Shown: piece by piece, positions 44,163-54,338 of the stretch
How positions within the stretch are numbered: the stretch's first letter is position 1
How the letters are laid out: every line of letters starts with the position of its first letter
Position numbers and translations under genes: made by a program
DNA from: a virus
Taxonomy: Duplodnaviria > Caudoviricetes
Virus record (IMG/VR): IMGVR_UViG_3300035701_000039
Location: 1 to 55,692 of that record
Length of the DNA: 55,692 bases
Strand: one strand, 5' to 3'
Notes under the pieces: generated by a model
Seen by the model: only the letters and a program-made list of their open reading frames with translations
What the model was told of the DNA's origin: nothing
Database searches by the model: none

Positions 44163-44594
44163 ATGATTTATTCGGCAACAGTCAAGGAATTGAAGAAGGG
44201 GCAAGTTCACCCCCATTTATGTCGTATCCTAGTAACTAAGGGAAGAATACCTTTTGGTTGCAAGAAGAAAATTGATGTAGATGCTAGAAAGTTGCAACCT
44301 AACGAGGACCTAATGAAGGAGTACATAAAGGAATTTAGGCGGTTTAAACTCGACATCACGATTAAAGAAGGAGCATTGGAGAAGGCTTTTAACATTACCC
44401 ATTTCGAGACCAGATATCGAAGACAGATCCTGTCAGATTCAGACTCTATAACCCTCATCAGAAGGATCAAGAAAGAGCATCAAGACGCGGTGTCATGGCC
44501 TATGGGCATTTGTATTGTCGCCGAATGGCCGGATAAATATCCCATATTTGTAGTCTTGGAATCCCTAATCAAATCGACCATCGGGGATCAATGA
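44163..44594 (+). CDS. DUF488-like protein
   Basis: RILV...P, LQPNEDL, FETRYRRQI pattern. Confidence 0.55.
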   Translation: MIYSATVKELKKGQVHPHLCRILVTKGRIPFGCKKKIDVDARKLQPNEDLMKEYIKEFRRFKLDITIKEGALEKAFNITHFETRYRRQILSDSDSITLIRRIKKEHQDAVSWPMGICIVAEWPDKYPIFVVLESLIKSTIGDQ

Positions 44595-44887
44595 TGAGAA
44601 GAAGCATCTTAGAAATGCATTATTCCCTTCTTAAGCGGATTCGTACCAGTCCGGTTATTCTTACTCATCTCATGGCTGACTGTCGACTTAATCAGGGATC
44701 CTGTAAGGGTCTATTAGAATTTCTTATTGGCAAGGGTTGGGTCAAGAGAAATCCTCCATTACGAATTCGATTTAGAAAATCATTCAAGAAATCGTATTAT
44801 ACCCTGACGGATGAAGGACGGCGAATATTGTCCGCCATAGAACTAGTTTACCGGGAATTCAATCTTTCTTTAGAGGTTCTGCCATGA
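44591..44887 (+). CDS. Archaeal winged-helix regulator
   Basis: RRSILE...THLM..CRLN...LIGKGWV...YTLTDEG. Confidence 0.8.
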   Translation: MMRRSILEMHYSLLKRIRTSPVILTHLMADCRLNQGSCKGLLEFLIGKGWVKRNPPLRIRFRKSFKKSYYTLTDEGRRILSAIELVYREFNLSLEVLP

Positions 44888-45099
44888 AGATGAAATGGAC
44901 TAAGAAAGAAGAAGAAGTCTTAAAGAGATTGTACCCTAAAGCGGATATACCATTCGCGGAGATCCTTAAAGTATTTCCGGGAAGGTCTATGTCCGGTATT
45001 CAAAATCATGCGACCGGCAAATTGGGCCTTCATAGAGGGAAGAGTGGAGAAATCAATCAGGAACAACTAATCAAATTGGAAAAGGCGTTTAAAATATGA
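44884..45099 (+). CDS. Myb/SANT-like HTH protein
   Basis: WTKKEEEVLKRLYP...GRS..GI...LGL. Confidence 0.7.
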   Translation: MKMKWTKKEEEVLKRLYPKADIPFAEILKVFPGRSMSGIQNHATGKLGLHRGKSGEINQEQLIKLEKAFKI

Positions 45100-45911
45100 G
45101 ATTAGAACATGAGTATCTAAGGAGCATAGCCCTTACGGCTGACCTTCACGTTGGTTCAAGGTTTGGGTTATGTCCCGGGGCATATATAAGCCCGACCGGT
45201 GACGAACTGGGAATGGCCATGAATGCTGGTCAGAAGAACCTTCTAGAGTCTTGGAACCTCTACGTGGCGAAGATGAAGGAGATGAAGGTTGATACGGTCT
45301 TCCTAGTTGGTGACATCTGTGCTGGGGCTAACCTGAAGGAAGGTGGAGTATTCATGATGACTACCGACATGAACGAACAGGTCGAAATGGCCGCATCCCT
45401 CTTGAAACCCCTATGCAAGGGGAAAAGAGTTGCAGTCTGGAGTGGAACACCCTACCATGAGGCTAGAGACTTTAGGATCCACCAGTTGCTAGCGGAATAC
45501 CTTGACGGCAAGTTCTATGGGTCCATATCTAACATGAGGTTGGAACCGACGAAGAAGATAGTCAACGTCGCCCACGCCACTACTCAGGCAATGGTGTATC
45601 CAGAGACCGTGCTTAGCCGTGACATCCTCTTCATGAAGGAGGCTGAGGCCCTTCAGAAACTGTACAAGATCCACGCTATAGTCCGTGCCCATAGACATTC
45701 ATACGTCGAGATCCATAAGCATGACGTCCATTACATCAGTCTCCCCTGCTGGGAAGCCTTCACTCCCTATTACAAGAACGTTCAGTGGTACTTCAAGAAT
45801 CAACCCGACATAGGTGGCGCCTTAATGCTCATAGACGATCAAGAACGTTTACGCTTTATGCACTTTTTATTCGCTTGCCCCAAGATAGCAGACAGACTGG
45901 TATCGGGTTGA
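45096..45911 (+). CDS. Calcineurin-like metallophosphoesterase
   Basis: ADLHVG, GDICAG, GTPYHE, AH, AHRH. Confidence 0.85.
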   Translation: MRLEHEYLRSIALTADLHVGSRFGLCPGAYISPTGDELGMAMNAGQKNLLESWNLYVAKMKEMKVDTVFLVGDICAGANLKEGGVFMMTTDMNEQVEMAASLLKPLCKGKRVAVWSGTPYHEARDFRIHQLLAEYLDGKFYGSISNMRLEPTKKIVNVAHATTQAMVYPETVLSRDILFMKEAEALQKLYKIHAIVRAHRHSYVEIHKHDVHYISLPCWEAFTPYYKNVQWYFKNQPDIGGALMLIDDQERLRFMHFLFACPKIADRLVSG

Positions 45912-46099
45912 AGAAGCTTAAAGAGATAGATGGTTGGATTGAGAATGACGAGAAGAAGAAAGTCAAGACCGGCATCCCGTCTAAGTGTCCCAGGTGTGGA
46001 TCTAAACTCTGGAAGACCAACGCCCTTCAGTCCTGCGGAATATATTGGGTCGGATGCCAGAACCTCAAGTGCAGATGGTGTGAGATTTACAGAGAATAA
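45908..46099 (+). CDS. Zn-ribbon protein
   Basis: CPRCG...CQNLKC; TTG overlaps the upstream TGA (3' part of ORF 45785..46099). Confidence 0.6.
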   Translation: MKKLKEIDGWIENDEKKKVKTGIPSKCPRCGSKLWKTNALQSCGIYWVGCQNLKCRWCEIYRE

Positions 46100-46196
46100 A
46101 TGGTGAATTGATGCCAGTACATTATAAATCGAAAGGCCTCTTCAGTCTCGATAACATATACCAATGCCTGAAGAGGATTAAGGAAGAAATCATGCA

Positions 46197-46712
46197 TTGG
46201 TGGAGAGGATGTTAATGTCCAAACAAGAGAAAAGAAAGAATTTCCCTACGAAGATTATAGAGGAAGTCTTTGAGGAACAAGGCCGGCAATGTTCTAAGTG
46301 TGATAAATCCCTACTCTATGGTTATCATGCCCATCACAAGGACGGGGACAATACCAATATCCAGAAAGAGAATTGTCAACTCCTCTGTCCCGGATGCCAT
46401 GGAGGGGAACAGTATAAGACTCTTCTGGAACAAAAGAAGGCCGCTATAGTCGACTTAGACAAACTGATCCTTACCGGGACAGAGAACAAGGCGTCAGGAG
46501 CAACTATAGAAAAGTTACTGGATGCCATCAAGATGAAATTAAGTCTTCAGAGGCAGGTCATGGACGATCCACCATTAGAGGTTCCGAGTGGTGTCAAAGC
46601 GGAGACATATATAACCGTCATGGAACATGGCATAAAGGAGTACGAGAAGGGGATCAAAGAGGGCATCCTCAAAGGGATTGAAATAGCCAAGGAACTAATG
46701 AAGAAGGTTTGA
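46197..46712 (+). CDS. HNH endonuclease with helical C-terminus
   Basis: CSKC...AHHKDG..N...NCQLLCPGCH. Confidence 0.85.
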   Translation: MVERMLMSKQEKRKNFPTKIIEEVFEEQGRQCSKCDKSLLYGYHAHHKDGDNTNIQKENCQLLCPGCHGGEQYKTLLEQKKAAIVDLDKLILTGTENKASGATIEKLLDAIKMKLSLQRQVMDDPPLEVPSGVKAETYITVMEHGIKEYEKGIKEGILKGIEIAKELMKKV

Positions 46713-46713
46713 G

Positions 46714-46950
46714 ATGGGTTCATCTGAGTCTTCCAGTTCCATAATTCCTAAGGAGGCCACTAGATGTCTGCGTGACGGAGGCATCCTTGTCGAACTTGAG
46801 ACGTACTTGGAACAGAGGACTGGTTCAGACGAGGTTTGGGTTAAGAGAACATGCTCAACCTGTTCAAAAATCTATATCAGTCCGGTCACTGTTTACCCGA
46901 TGAAAGAGGAAAGTACCGACCCCGGTAAAGGATCATTGAGGTGGAAATAA
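46714..46950 (+). CDS. Zn-ribbon protein
   Basis: CLRD...CSTC. Confidence 0.55.
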   Translation: MGSSESSSSIIPKEATRCLRDGGILVELETYLEQRTGSDEVWVKRTCSTCSKIYISPVTVYPMKEESTDPGKGSLRWK

Positions 46951-48038
46951 TGGTCAAGAAGAAAGAAGAGGAAAAGGATCCTAAGAAGTTAGAGAATGGT
47001 TCCAAGATAAAGGATAAACCGACCGACGAAAAGACGCCGGCAGACCATGAGGAGGACGTTACCAGTCCGGCCATGAGAAGGTTAGAGGACCTTCCCGGAA
47101 TAGGACCCAAGACCGCCGATAAACTTCGAGAATTAGGTTATACTCTAGTCGGGGTCGCTACCGGTAGAGCAGATGAAATTGCAGCAGAGATGAAGATTTC
47201 TTTCGTCATGGCTAAGTCGTGGGTTACAGCGGCGCAAGAAGCCCTTCTCACCAAGATGAAGCTTAAGACGGCTACGGATCAAGATAGGGAAAAGAAGATT
47301 AGACAGCAGTTCATTAAGACTGGTTCTTCGATCTTCAACGACCTAATAGGAGGAGGATTTCCTACTATGGCCACGACCGGTCTAAGCGGAAGGTTCGCTA
47401 CTGGGAAGACACAGGCGTCTTTTGACGGAGTAGTTGACTGTCTAACCCGTCTGAATAGAAAGGTCGTCTACATAGAGACGGAACCTAATACGTTCAGCCT
47501 TGACCGGCTCAAACAGATAGCTAAATGTCGGAAGGTAGAGGTGAATTGGGATAACCTCTTCGTCTGCGAGTCCGACCAGATACCGACCGCCAAGGCGCAG
47601 TTCCTCCAGTATAAGGTCGTCCAGAAGGCCCTAGAGAAGGGAGAGGATATTGGCCTTGTCGTGGTTGATTCCTTCACCGCTAAGTTCAGGCCGGGTTATT
47701 CCAGAAGGGAGATGTTGCCGGTGAGGACGAGAGAATTTACCGAACACTTTCTCCTTATAGACTACCTCGCCGCCCGGTATAATATAGCATGGGTTTTGAC
47801 CTGTCAGGTCATAGGGGCGCCGGATCCGGGTCAGAGTCTAGGGATCAAGGTTAAGACTGGAGACTCGTTCTATCCTGTCGGTGGAGAATTTCTGCTCCAT
47901 TCAGTCAATACATGGGTGGGACTGCAGCAGATAAAGACTGAATTGTGGCGTGCGACCTTATACGACTCGAGTTACCTAGCCAGACAGTCTAGAGACTTCA
48001 TGTTGTCACCTTCGGGGATCATAAATGCACCAGAATAG
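46941..48038 (+). CDS. radA: RadA recombinase
   Basis: LEDLPGIGPKTADKL HhH, GRFATGKTQ Walker A, YIETE, LVVVDS Walker B, PVGG..L.H. Confidence 0.93.
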   Translation: MEIMVKKKEEEKDPKKLENGSKIKDKPTDEKTPADHEEDVTSPAMRRLEDLPGIGPKTADKLRELGYTLVGVATGRADEIAAEMKISFVMAKSWVTAAQEALLTKMKLKTATDQDREKKIRQQFIKTGSSIFNDLIGGGFPTMATTGLSGRFATGKTQASFDGVVDCLTRLNRKVVYIETEPNTFSLDRLKQIAKCRKVEVNWDNLFVCESDQIPTAKAQFLQYKVVQKALEKGEDIGLVVVDSFTAKFRPGYSRREMLPVRTREFTEHFLLIDYLAARYNIAWVLTCQVIGAPDPGQSLGIKVKTGDSFYPVGGEFLLHSVNTWVGLQQIKTELWRATLYDSSYLARQSRDFMLSPSGIINAPE

Positions 48039-48183
48039 TAAATTCAAAGTCAAACCGTTGAAGGCCTGTCTATTATGCCTCACGGCTGGGAGGGTCTTAA
48101 TGGTGCATAGGAAGAGGGCCTTAATCCTGAGTTACTCTATCTTAGTTCCCTGCCCAAGGTGCAAAGGAAGAGGATTCATCTGA
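48025..48183 (+). CDS. DnaJ-type Zn-finger mini-protein
   Basis: CLLCxxxG...CPRCKGRG. Confidence 0.6.
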   Translation: MHQNSKFKVKPLKACLLCLTAGRVLMVHRKRALILSYSILVPCPRCKGRGFI

Positions 48184-48314
48184 ACTGCGACTATTGTGGG
48201 GCGGGTAGACCTAACCTGTTCAATAAGCATGGTGCATTCTGCAACGTCGAGTGTTATGTTAACTTCGCAATAAATGGTTTCAGGAGGAAAAGACCGAAAA
48301 ATGCCCAAGGTTAA
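48180..48314 (+). CDS. TRASH/FCS-type Zn-finger mini-protein, apparent CTG start
   Basis: NCDYCG...FCNVEC; CTG overlaps the upstream TGA. Confidence 0.6.
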   Translation: MNCDYCGAGRPNLFNKHGAFCNVECYVNFAINGFRRKRPKNAQG

Positions 48315-48434
48315 AATCAGAATGAGTAAATGGACCATATTCGGCCACTTAAGATGTCAGGTCGAATTGGAAGGTACCGTTGAAGAATTAGTTCAGCTAA
48401 AGGAAAAGGGTTTCGATTCCGTAGAGGTGCGCTG

Positions 48435-49073
48435 ATGCCGATATTCGTTGACGACAGAGAACCGGAAGAGGTCATTAAGGGTCTTAGACGTCAGAACCTA
48501 GCAGTTGAAATTCACCACAATGACAGTGGGGACTATGTCTTTGGAGAAGTGGCCATCGAGAGGAAGACAATATCGGATCTAATCGGCTCCGTCTGTTCTA
48601 AGAAGCACAGGTTATGGGACCAACTAGGCACGATGAAAGATACATACCAGCAACCGATGCTTCTAGTCGAGGGAATGATCAACTGGAAGGATCCTTATCT
48701 CTCCGGCATCCTGACTACAGTCCTCCTCTTCTGGAAGTACCAGACAATATTCACTCTGGGAATGGAAGAGACTGCTTTGGCGGTCGGTCACCTGTTCACT
48801 AAGCAGGGAATAGGAAGGAGCGGTAGGATTCCACCTGCCGCCGTTAAGAAACACTCCACCCCTAAGGAAATCCTCTGGGAAATGCTCCAATGCATAGAAG
48901 GCGTCGGACCCAAGACGGCGAAGAAGATCCTTGATGTTATCCCATTAGAGGATTTGGTGAACATGGACATCTTCCGATTAGACGAGGAGCTTAAGTCGGT
49001 TCATGGTCTCCCGTCCAGATCTAGGAAATTGATGACTCAAGTCTTCCGTGGAGGAGAGGTCGAGGAGCATTAG
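48435..49073 (+). CDS. xpf: XPF/ERCC4 structure-specific nuclease (short form with HhH)
   Basis: VDDRE, GDY, IERKT..DL, IEGVGPKTA. Confidence 0.92.
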   Translation: MPIFVDDREPEEVIKGLRRQNLAVEIHHNDSGDYVFGEVAIERKTISDLIGSVCSKKHRLWDQLGTMKDTYQQPMLLVEGMINWKDPYLSGILTTVLLFWKYQTIFTLGMEETALAVGHLFTKQGIGRSGRIPPAAVKKHSTPKEILWEMLQCIEGVGPKTAKKILDVIPLEDLVNMDIFRLDEELKSVHGLPSRSRKLMTQVFRGGEVEEH

Positions 49074-49133
49074 TATTACACACATGTGGGGTCACACACA
49101 CTTTGATGGATATTAACCATAGAGGTTCACAGA

Positions 49134-49427
49134 ATGTCTGAAGAAATAAACCAGAATAATCTCTTCATGAGGAAGAAATTGACCGAATTAGCGGCGATGT
49201 TTAAGGAGAAGAGACAAGGGAATATGAAACTCTTCAAGAAGATTAAAGCCCGATTCTGTCTCCAAGAGGGAGTAAACCCCAGAACCGCTGATTCCTACTG
49301 TAAAATTTTAGAATCTTCTGGTTTACTTACAATTTCTTCCGGGGAGAAGAGATGGAAGTATAATACGAAAGAGGAATGGGATCTGTTCTCAGTCACTCCT
49401 ATTACTTACAGGAGAAGAGGGAGGTGA
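49134..49427 (+). CDS. Small wHTH-like protein
   Basis: GVNPRTADSY..ILESSGLL. Confidence 0.55.
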   Translation: MSEEINQNNLFMRKKLTELAAMFKEKRQGNMKLFKKIKARFCLQEGVNPRTADSYCKILESSGLLTISSGEKRWKYNTKEEWDLFSVTPITYRRRGR

Positions 49428-49431
49428 ATGA

Positions 49432-50616
49432 ATGACAAAGAAAAAGACTGTTGAGGGTGGAAAAGTGAGAGACATATCAGAAGAGGACATGGAACGTTTA
49501 CGGAATATAGCCAAGGCCAACAAGAAGACCGTCGATTCCGTCCTAGAGGAATGGGACAAGGAATACAAGAATATCACTGATGCCGGCCTGTCGAATGCCG
49601 GTCACTTGGCCGTCTTTGCCGTCATGAACAACTACCGTCGGGTCAAGTTGAAGCAGAATGCTCCCCTGAGAAAGAAGAAGGAGACTATAACCGTCTCTGG
49701 GATCATTGCCGGCGACATGGGCATCTGGGACAAGGCAGAACAGGTACGTAGGCAAGTCAAGGCCTTCATAGACAAGAATGGGATTAAGGCGGCACAGGAG
49801 GCCCAAATGGTCGACGGTGAAAACCACATCTTGGACCAGAGGGATAAACTCTACGGTAGGCCCAACCCTAATCACCTTAAACCCCTTAACCCGAACCTAC
49901 ATGTGCTAGACCGCACCCTATTCGGCTTCTTCAAGCATAACGGAGAGAAAACCTTCAAGTGGGGTTCACTGCAGACGGGAGATAACCGTCTGGCGAGAGG
50001 ATGGAACAAGGTCAAATTCTATACCCCATGCCAAGTCACCGTTATAGTGAGGGAAGAGACAGACGAGGACATCAAATTGGGTTCATCCTCTGCCGAAGAG
50101 TCGATGAGCGTCTTCAAAGCCATAAAGGAAAATTGGAATATAAGGAAGATCATAGACGAGACCCTAGGCGAACATACTATAGAAGTGGAGGGCAAGAAGG
50201 TCAAAGTCAAGGATCAATGGACGGCAATCAAGGACGTCGACAAGCATCACGAGAACTTCAAAGACGCCTGGGACAGAAGGATATTCGTCAAGGGAGTAGT
50301 CGCATGGATCAACATAGACAGACCAACTCCATTCGGCGCCGTCTGGATGGGCCTGATGAACCCGGACAACGAAGATGAACTGGTCAGAGTCCTGATACCG
50401 GAACAGGTCACTGTAGACTTCGGTGAATTAAGTGAGATCTATGTCTTCGGGAAGACCAAGAGGAGCAAGTACAAGGATCAGGAAACAGAGAAGTTAGTGG
50501 ACGGGGACGTCGTCATCAATGCGGTCGGAATATACCCGGTAGTCTCGACACCTAAGGCGAACACCTCAGCGGAAGGACTCGGAGAAGAAGAGACAGTCGA
50601 GGGTTGGTTAGACTAG
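49432..50616 (+). CDS. Probable RPA-like single-stranded DNA-binding protein
   Basis: Helical N-terminus, OB-fold-like beta segments (VKGVVAWI, IYVFGKT, INAVGIY), acidic aromatic tail EEETVEGWLD. Confidence 0.7.
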   Translation: MTKKKTVEGGKVRDISEEDMERLRNIAKANKKTVDSVLEEWDKEYKNITDAGLSNAGHLAVFAVMNNYRRVKLKQNAPLRKKKETITVSGIIAGDMGIWDKAEQVRRQVKAFIDKNGIKAAQEAQMVDGENHILDQRDKLYGRPNPNHLKPLNPNLHVLDRTLFGFFKHNGEKTFKWGSLQTGDNRLARGWNKVKFYTPCQVTVIVREETDEDIKLGSSSAEESMSVFKAIKENWNIRKIIDETLGEHTIEVEGKKVKVKDQWTAIKDVDKHHENFKDAWDRRIFVKGVVAWINIDRPTPFGAVWMGLMNPDNEDELVRVLIPEQVTVDFGELSEIYVFGKTKRSKYKDQETEKLVDGDVVINAVGIYPVVSTPKANTSAEGLGEEETVEGWLD

Positions 50617-50671
50617 CCCTCTTAATCCCCTTTTGTTAATATTCCTCATATATTGTTGGAAGTATATAATC

Positions 50672-51034
50672 ATGAGAAAATTAACCAAAAAAGAAAAGAT
50701 AGAAATGCATCTCCCTGATAAGGATAGTGAGGTCCTCCTAATAGAGACCGGTTTCTTTGAAATGATAGGGAATGATCTCAAAAGAAGGTTAGGTTTACCC
50801 AGCATTAAAGAGGAAACGGCGAGAAAGATCTGCGCCTACCGTAATTGGGCCGGGGAAAAAGGATCCTGTGAGAACTGTTCCAAGATAGAATGGTATCCAG
50901 ATTATGGAAAAGCCGATATGGTCCGGTTCCATAAGGAAAATCTGTTTGATCCGTGGAGATGTAAGTCGTGGATCTATTACCTATCAAGATTCAACCGGTT
51001 AAGACTGAGACTATTTGGTAATCTACATGATTAA
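50672..51034 (+). CDS. Hypothetical Cys-rich protein
   Basis: ORF 50633..51034; ATG 50672 follows an AT-rich promoter-like stretch. Confidence 0.55.
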   Translation: MRKLTKKEKIEMHLPDKDSEVLLIETGFFEMIGNDLKRRLGLPSIKEETARKICAYRNWAGEKGSCENCSKIEWYPDYGKADMVRFHKENLFDPWRCKSWIYYLSRFNRLRLRLFGNLHD

Positions 51035-51476
51035 AAAGAATGAAAGACCACGGATCGAGGTTGGCATTTCATCTCCATTTAGTCAGGGGAACGTTTGTTC
51101 GGAAAAGGAAAGGGAGTTCAGGCTTAGAGAACTCGAAGAAGAGATTAAAACAGGTTGGTTAGATAAAGAAATCGTGCCTTATATTAAACGGATTAACCTA
51201 TATCCTTTTCTAGTCACAACCCAATCCTGCTGTGGACACGGAGAAAACCCGATGACAGGAAGACGGGCTCATATTGATTTCAGAAGTCTTTTATCAGAAA
51301 CAGACACTATAAATAAGATTTCGAGGCCATTCGATTCTAAAAGGAACCCTTCAGATTCCGCCCTCGAATTGGTGATTGAACCTTACGGTATAAGATACCT
51401 TCTCTGGTTGAGAAATGATGCTTGGAAGGAGCAATTAGAGGATTTCATATCCGTTCTAAGAGAGGTTAAGTATTGA
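51015..51476 (+). CDS. TYW3/Taw3-like protein
   Basis: LDKEI...IN...VTTQSCCGH resembles the TYW3 iD..I...iN...TTSSCSGR motif. Confidence 0.65.
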   Translation: MVIYMIKKNERPRIEVGISSPFSQGNVCSEKEREFRLRELEEEIKTGWLDKEIVPYIKRINLYPFLVTTQSCCGHGENPMTGRRAHIDFRSLLSETDTINKISRPFDSKRNPSDSALELVIEPYGIRYLLWLRNDAWKEQLEDFISVLREVKY

Positions 51477-54028
51477 CTAAACTGGGAATCATAACCGCCG
51501 AGACCCTGATGGTGGAGAAGCACAAACAGAAGATGCCCACCATAGTCCTAATAGGGCGGGATGAGACCGGTAAGAAGAGGATGTGGAGGACTATATTCTG
51601 GCCCTACATGTACCTGACCGAAGAAGATTATATCCGGATCAAAGACCAGAAGGGTTATTCCCTGAGCAAGTGGGTCAGGGACTTTGAGGGGACTAAGGTC
51701 AGGTCCCTAAACAAGAAGGCCTTGACTAAACTGATCCTGACCGACAGTCTATGTTCTCTCGACGTCATCAAGTTTCTGATCAAATATGGCAAGACTTCTT
51801 TATCAGGGCCGGTCTTCTCCTATGAGGCGGACTTGGCCACGCCGACCATGCTCCCCATAAGGTTCTTGATCGACAAAGGAATAAGATCGGGAGTGGACAT
51901 CAGTAGAGATGGAGAGTTAACCCCGATTGACTTCGTCATCAACCTGAGGAAGTGGCATCTGGACTTTGAAGCCCTGTCGACTAAACAGTGTGGTTCCGGT
52001 CCAAAGAAAGAGGATCCTATACCTATCATGAGCTTCCATGACAACTATAATGACACCCTTTACACCCTTTTAGTAGTCAATCCCAAATGGCCCAAGTCTA
52101 GGCGAGATGCCTTCCATTACGGTTTCAAGACCGTTTATAAGACTCATCTAATTATGGGTTTCAAGAACGAGGGACTGCTTTTAGAGGCCCTAGTGAGACT
52201 GGTTAACGAGTTAGACCCCGATCTCTTCTCCGCTTGGAATCTGGACCGGTATGATATAGTCAAATGGACTCAGAGAATGACGGAACAGCATCTGGATCCT
52301 AAGACCCTAAGCCCCTTCCGCAGTTTCAGCTGGAAACGCCTGCCGTACAGGATTAAGGGTAGGATCCTATTCGACCTAATGAAGGCATTCAAGAGGTTCA
52401 CTGATGCCGAATTAAGATCTTATGCCTTAGGTGCGATATCTGAAGAGGAGGGGTTAGCCATAGAGAAGGTGCCTCTTAAGAAACCTACTCAATGGATCTG
52501 GGATAATGATCCGGACGTCCTATTCAGAAGGAATGTCAACGACGTCTTGATCCTGAAGGCATTAGACGACAAGTATGAACTGATCGAGATGTTCGACGAC
52601 CTTAGGAGAGAATTCGGTGCCCTATTCCATGAGGTCCTTCTTAACTATCGGGTTCTAGACACCGCCCTCATGAGGTTCATCAACGGTAAGATCGCTCTTA
52701 GCACGGCGTTCAAGGCGAAGAGGAATAAGGAATCGTACCTTGGGGCTGTAGTCGTTGAACCTGTGCCGGGAGAATATCCCTTCATAGTCCAGTTCGACTT
52801 TAATAGGGAATACCCATCTCTGATCAAGGCGTTCAACATCGGTCCCGAGACTTATCGAGACGAGAATTATACCGGACCCTGCTATACGATCGAGTACAAG
52901 GGGAAGGTCTTCAAGTTCGTCAAGTTCCCTAAGAGTCTTCTAGCCCAATTGATTGACTTCTTCTTCCATAAGAGGGACGAGTATGAGGAATGTTATCGGA
53001 AGGCGATTGAGGCCAAGGATGAAGTCAAGATCAAGATGTGGTACCGTAAGATTTTCAACATCAAGAAGATGACTAATGCAATCTATGGCGTCATGGATTA
53101 TCCTTCCTTCCGTCTTTACAGACAGGAATGTTCTGCCGCAACCGCCATCTTGGGGAGGATAGGGATAGAGCAGATCACTAACATTCTTAAACCTCTCGGT
53201 TACGAGTTGATCTACGGGGATACAGATTCTAGTTTCGTTCCCCTCAAGTCTAGGATCAAGGAAGAGGCGGTTAAGAAAGCTCAATGGCTGGCCGAACAGA
53301 TTAATATAGGTCTGTCTGAATACTTTAAGAAGACCTATGGTTTACCGTCCGCCCCGACCGGTCTAGGAGTTAAGAAGATATACGACTCATTCCTTCTGAT
53401 AGCGAAGAAGAATTACGCCGGAAGGTCATTCTGGGATGAGAAGAAAGGTTACAAAATTGATTACGATTTCAAGGGTTTAGAAGTGATCAGGTCTGATTCT
53501 AGTTCCTTCGAGAAGGAGGTTATGGAGAAGATAGTCCGCATGGTTCTAGACGGGTTTAAATCCGATATTGGCGGGGTAAGAGACGATGCGCTCCTAAGAG
53601 TGTCTTCTAGAACGTTAGACCCTCTTATGGTCTCTTACCCTCTCCAAATATCAGGCAACCTTAAGGACTATCCTAAACCGGACAAGAATGGTAAACTCCA
53701 AATGCCCGCCCATATCAGGGCAGCAGTCTACAGCAATATGTACCTCAACACCGATTACGGCAGGGAAGATAAACCTAGACGGTTACCGATTAAAGAGATG
53801 TTAGATATCAGTTCGGGTCAGTCTACTCTATTCCAATCCGACGTCATATATCCTTCTGAATGTGAATGGAATGGGTTCAAGTTTAAACTTGGCGGCATTT
53901 CGATAACAGAAGATTCAGAGATACCGATATGGTTCTTGGAGAGGATAGACTGGGAGAGGATAAAGAAGCGTCTTACCGGCAAGATAGATAAGATCATGGG
54001 GCTTGTAAAGGTTGAAGTGGACCCCTAA
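51473..54028 (+). CDS. polB: Family B DNA polymerase
   Basis: Exo I DFE, Exo II WNLDRYD, motif A DFNREYPS, motif B KKMTNAIYG, motif C YGDTDS, KKNY. Confidence 0.96.
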   Translation: MTKLGIITAETLMVEKHKQKMPTIVLIGRDETGKKRMWRTIFWPYMYLTEEDYIRIKDQKGYSLSKWVRDFEGTKVRSLNKKALTKLILTDSLCSLDVIKFLIKYGKTSLSGPVFSYEADLATPTMLPIRFLIDKGIRSGVDISRDGELTPIDFVINLRKWHLDFEALSTKQCGSGPKKEDPIPIMSFHDNYNDTLYTLLVVNPKWPKSRRDAFHYGFKTVYKTHLIMGFKNEGLLLEALVRLVNELDPDLFSAWNLDRYDIVKWTQRMTEQHLDPKTLSPFRSFSWKRLPYRIKGRILFDLMKAFKRFTDAELRSYALGAISEEEGLAIEKVPLKKPTQWIWDNDPDVLFRRNVNDVLILKALDDKYELIEMFDDLRREFGALFHEVLLNYRVLDTALMRFINGKIALSTAFKAKRNKESYLGAVVVEPVPGEYPFIVQFDFNREYPSLIKAFNIGPETYRDENYTGPCYTIEYKGKVFKFVKFPKSLLAQLIDFFFHKRDEYEECYRKAIEAKDEVKIKMWYRKIFNIKKMTNAIYGVMDYPSFRLYRQECSAATAILGRIGIEQITNILKPLGYELIYGDTDSSFVPLKSRIKEEAVKKAQWLAEQINIGLSEYFKKTYGLPSAPTGLGVKKIYDSFLLIAKKNYAGRSFWDEKKGYKIDYDFKGLEVIRSDSSSFEKEVMEKIVRMVLDGFKSDIGGVRDDALLRVSSRTLDPLMVSYPLQISGNLKDYPKPDKNGKLQMPAHIRAAVYSNMYLNTDYGREDKPRRLPIKEMLDISSGQSTLFQSDVIYPSECEWNGFKFKLGGISITEDSEIPIWFLERIDWERIKKRLTGKIDKIMGLVKVEVDP

Positions 54029-54338
54029 ACAAATCCAGATTCTAAGGGACAAGTTCGAGAGGGTCAGTTGGACCGAACTTAAAGGCCTCTTCCCGGACGT
54101 CAGCAAGGAGGTCATATATAAGAAGGCGAGGACCTTAGGCCTTAACAGGTCTGGTCTATCAACATCCAAGGGAAGGTACCTTAATTATGCCCTATGTCAT
54201 AGAGACGGTAGAATCCTACGGTATGAAATAATCTGGAAGAAGAATACACCGACCTGTCCCCGCTGCGGGAGAAGGTTGAGGTTGATGCCCCGAGTAAGCG
54301 AGTATAAAGGTGAGAAGAGAATTGAACTCCGAACCTAA
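54012..54338 (+). CDS. Myb-like HTH + Zn-ribbon protein
   Basis: WTPKQIQIL...KARTLGL; CHRD...CPRCGRRLR. Confidence 0.7.
   Translation: MKWTPKQIQILRDKFERVSWTELKGLFPDVSKEVIYKKARTLGLNRSGLSTSKGRYLNYALCHRDGRILRYEIIWKKNTPTCPRCGRRLRLMPRVSEYKGEKRIELRT

Noticed and set aside
45096-45911. Mre11 ortholog
   Set aside because: Only generic metallophosphoesterase motifs, GNHD replaced by GTPYHE, and no Rad50 partner; left as a family-level call
50001-50378. 125-aa alternative-frame ORF within the SSB gene, and the many antisense ORFs in the track
   Set aside because: R/Q/G-rich or S/L/F-rich shadow translations with no ribosome-binding site or motifs; expected from codon bias
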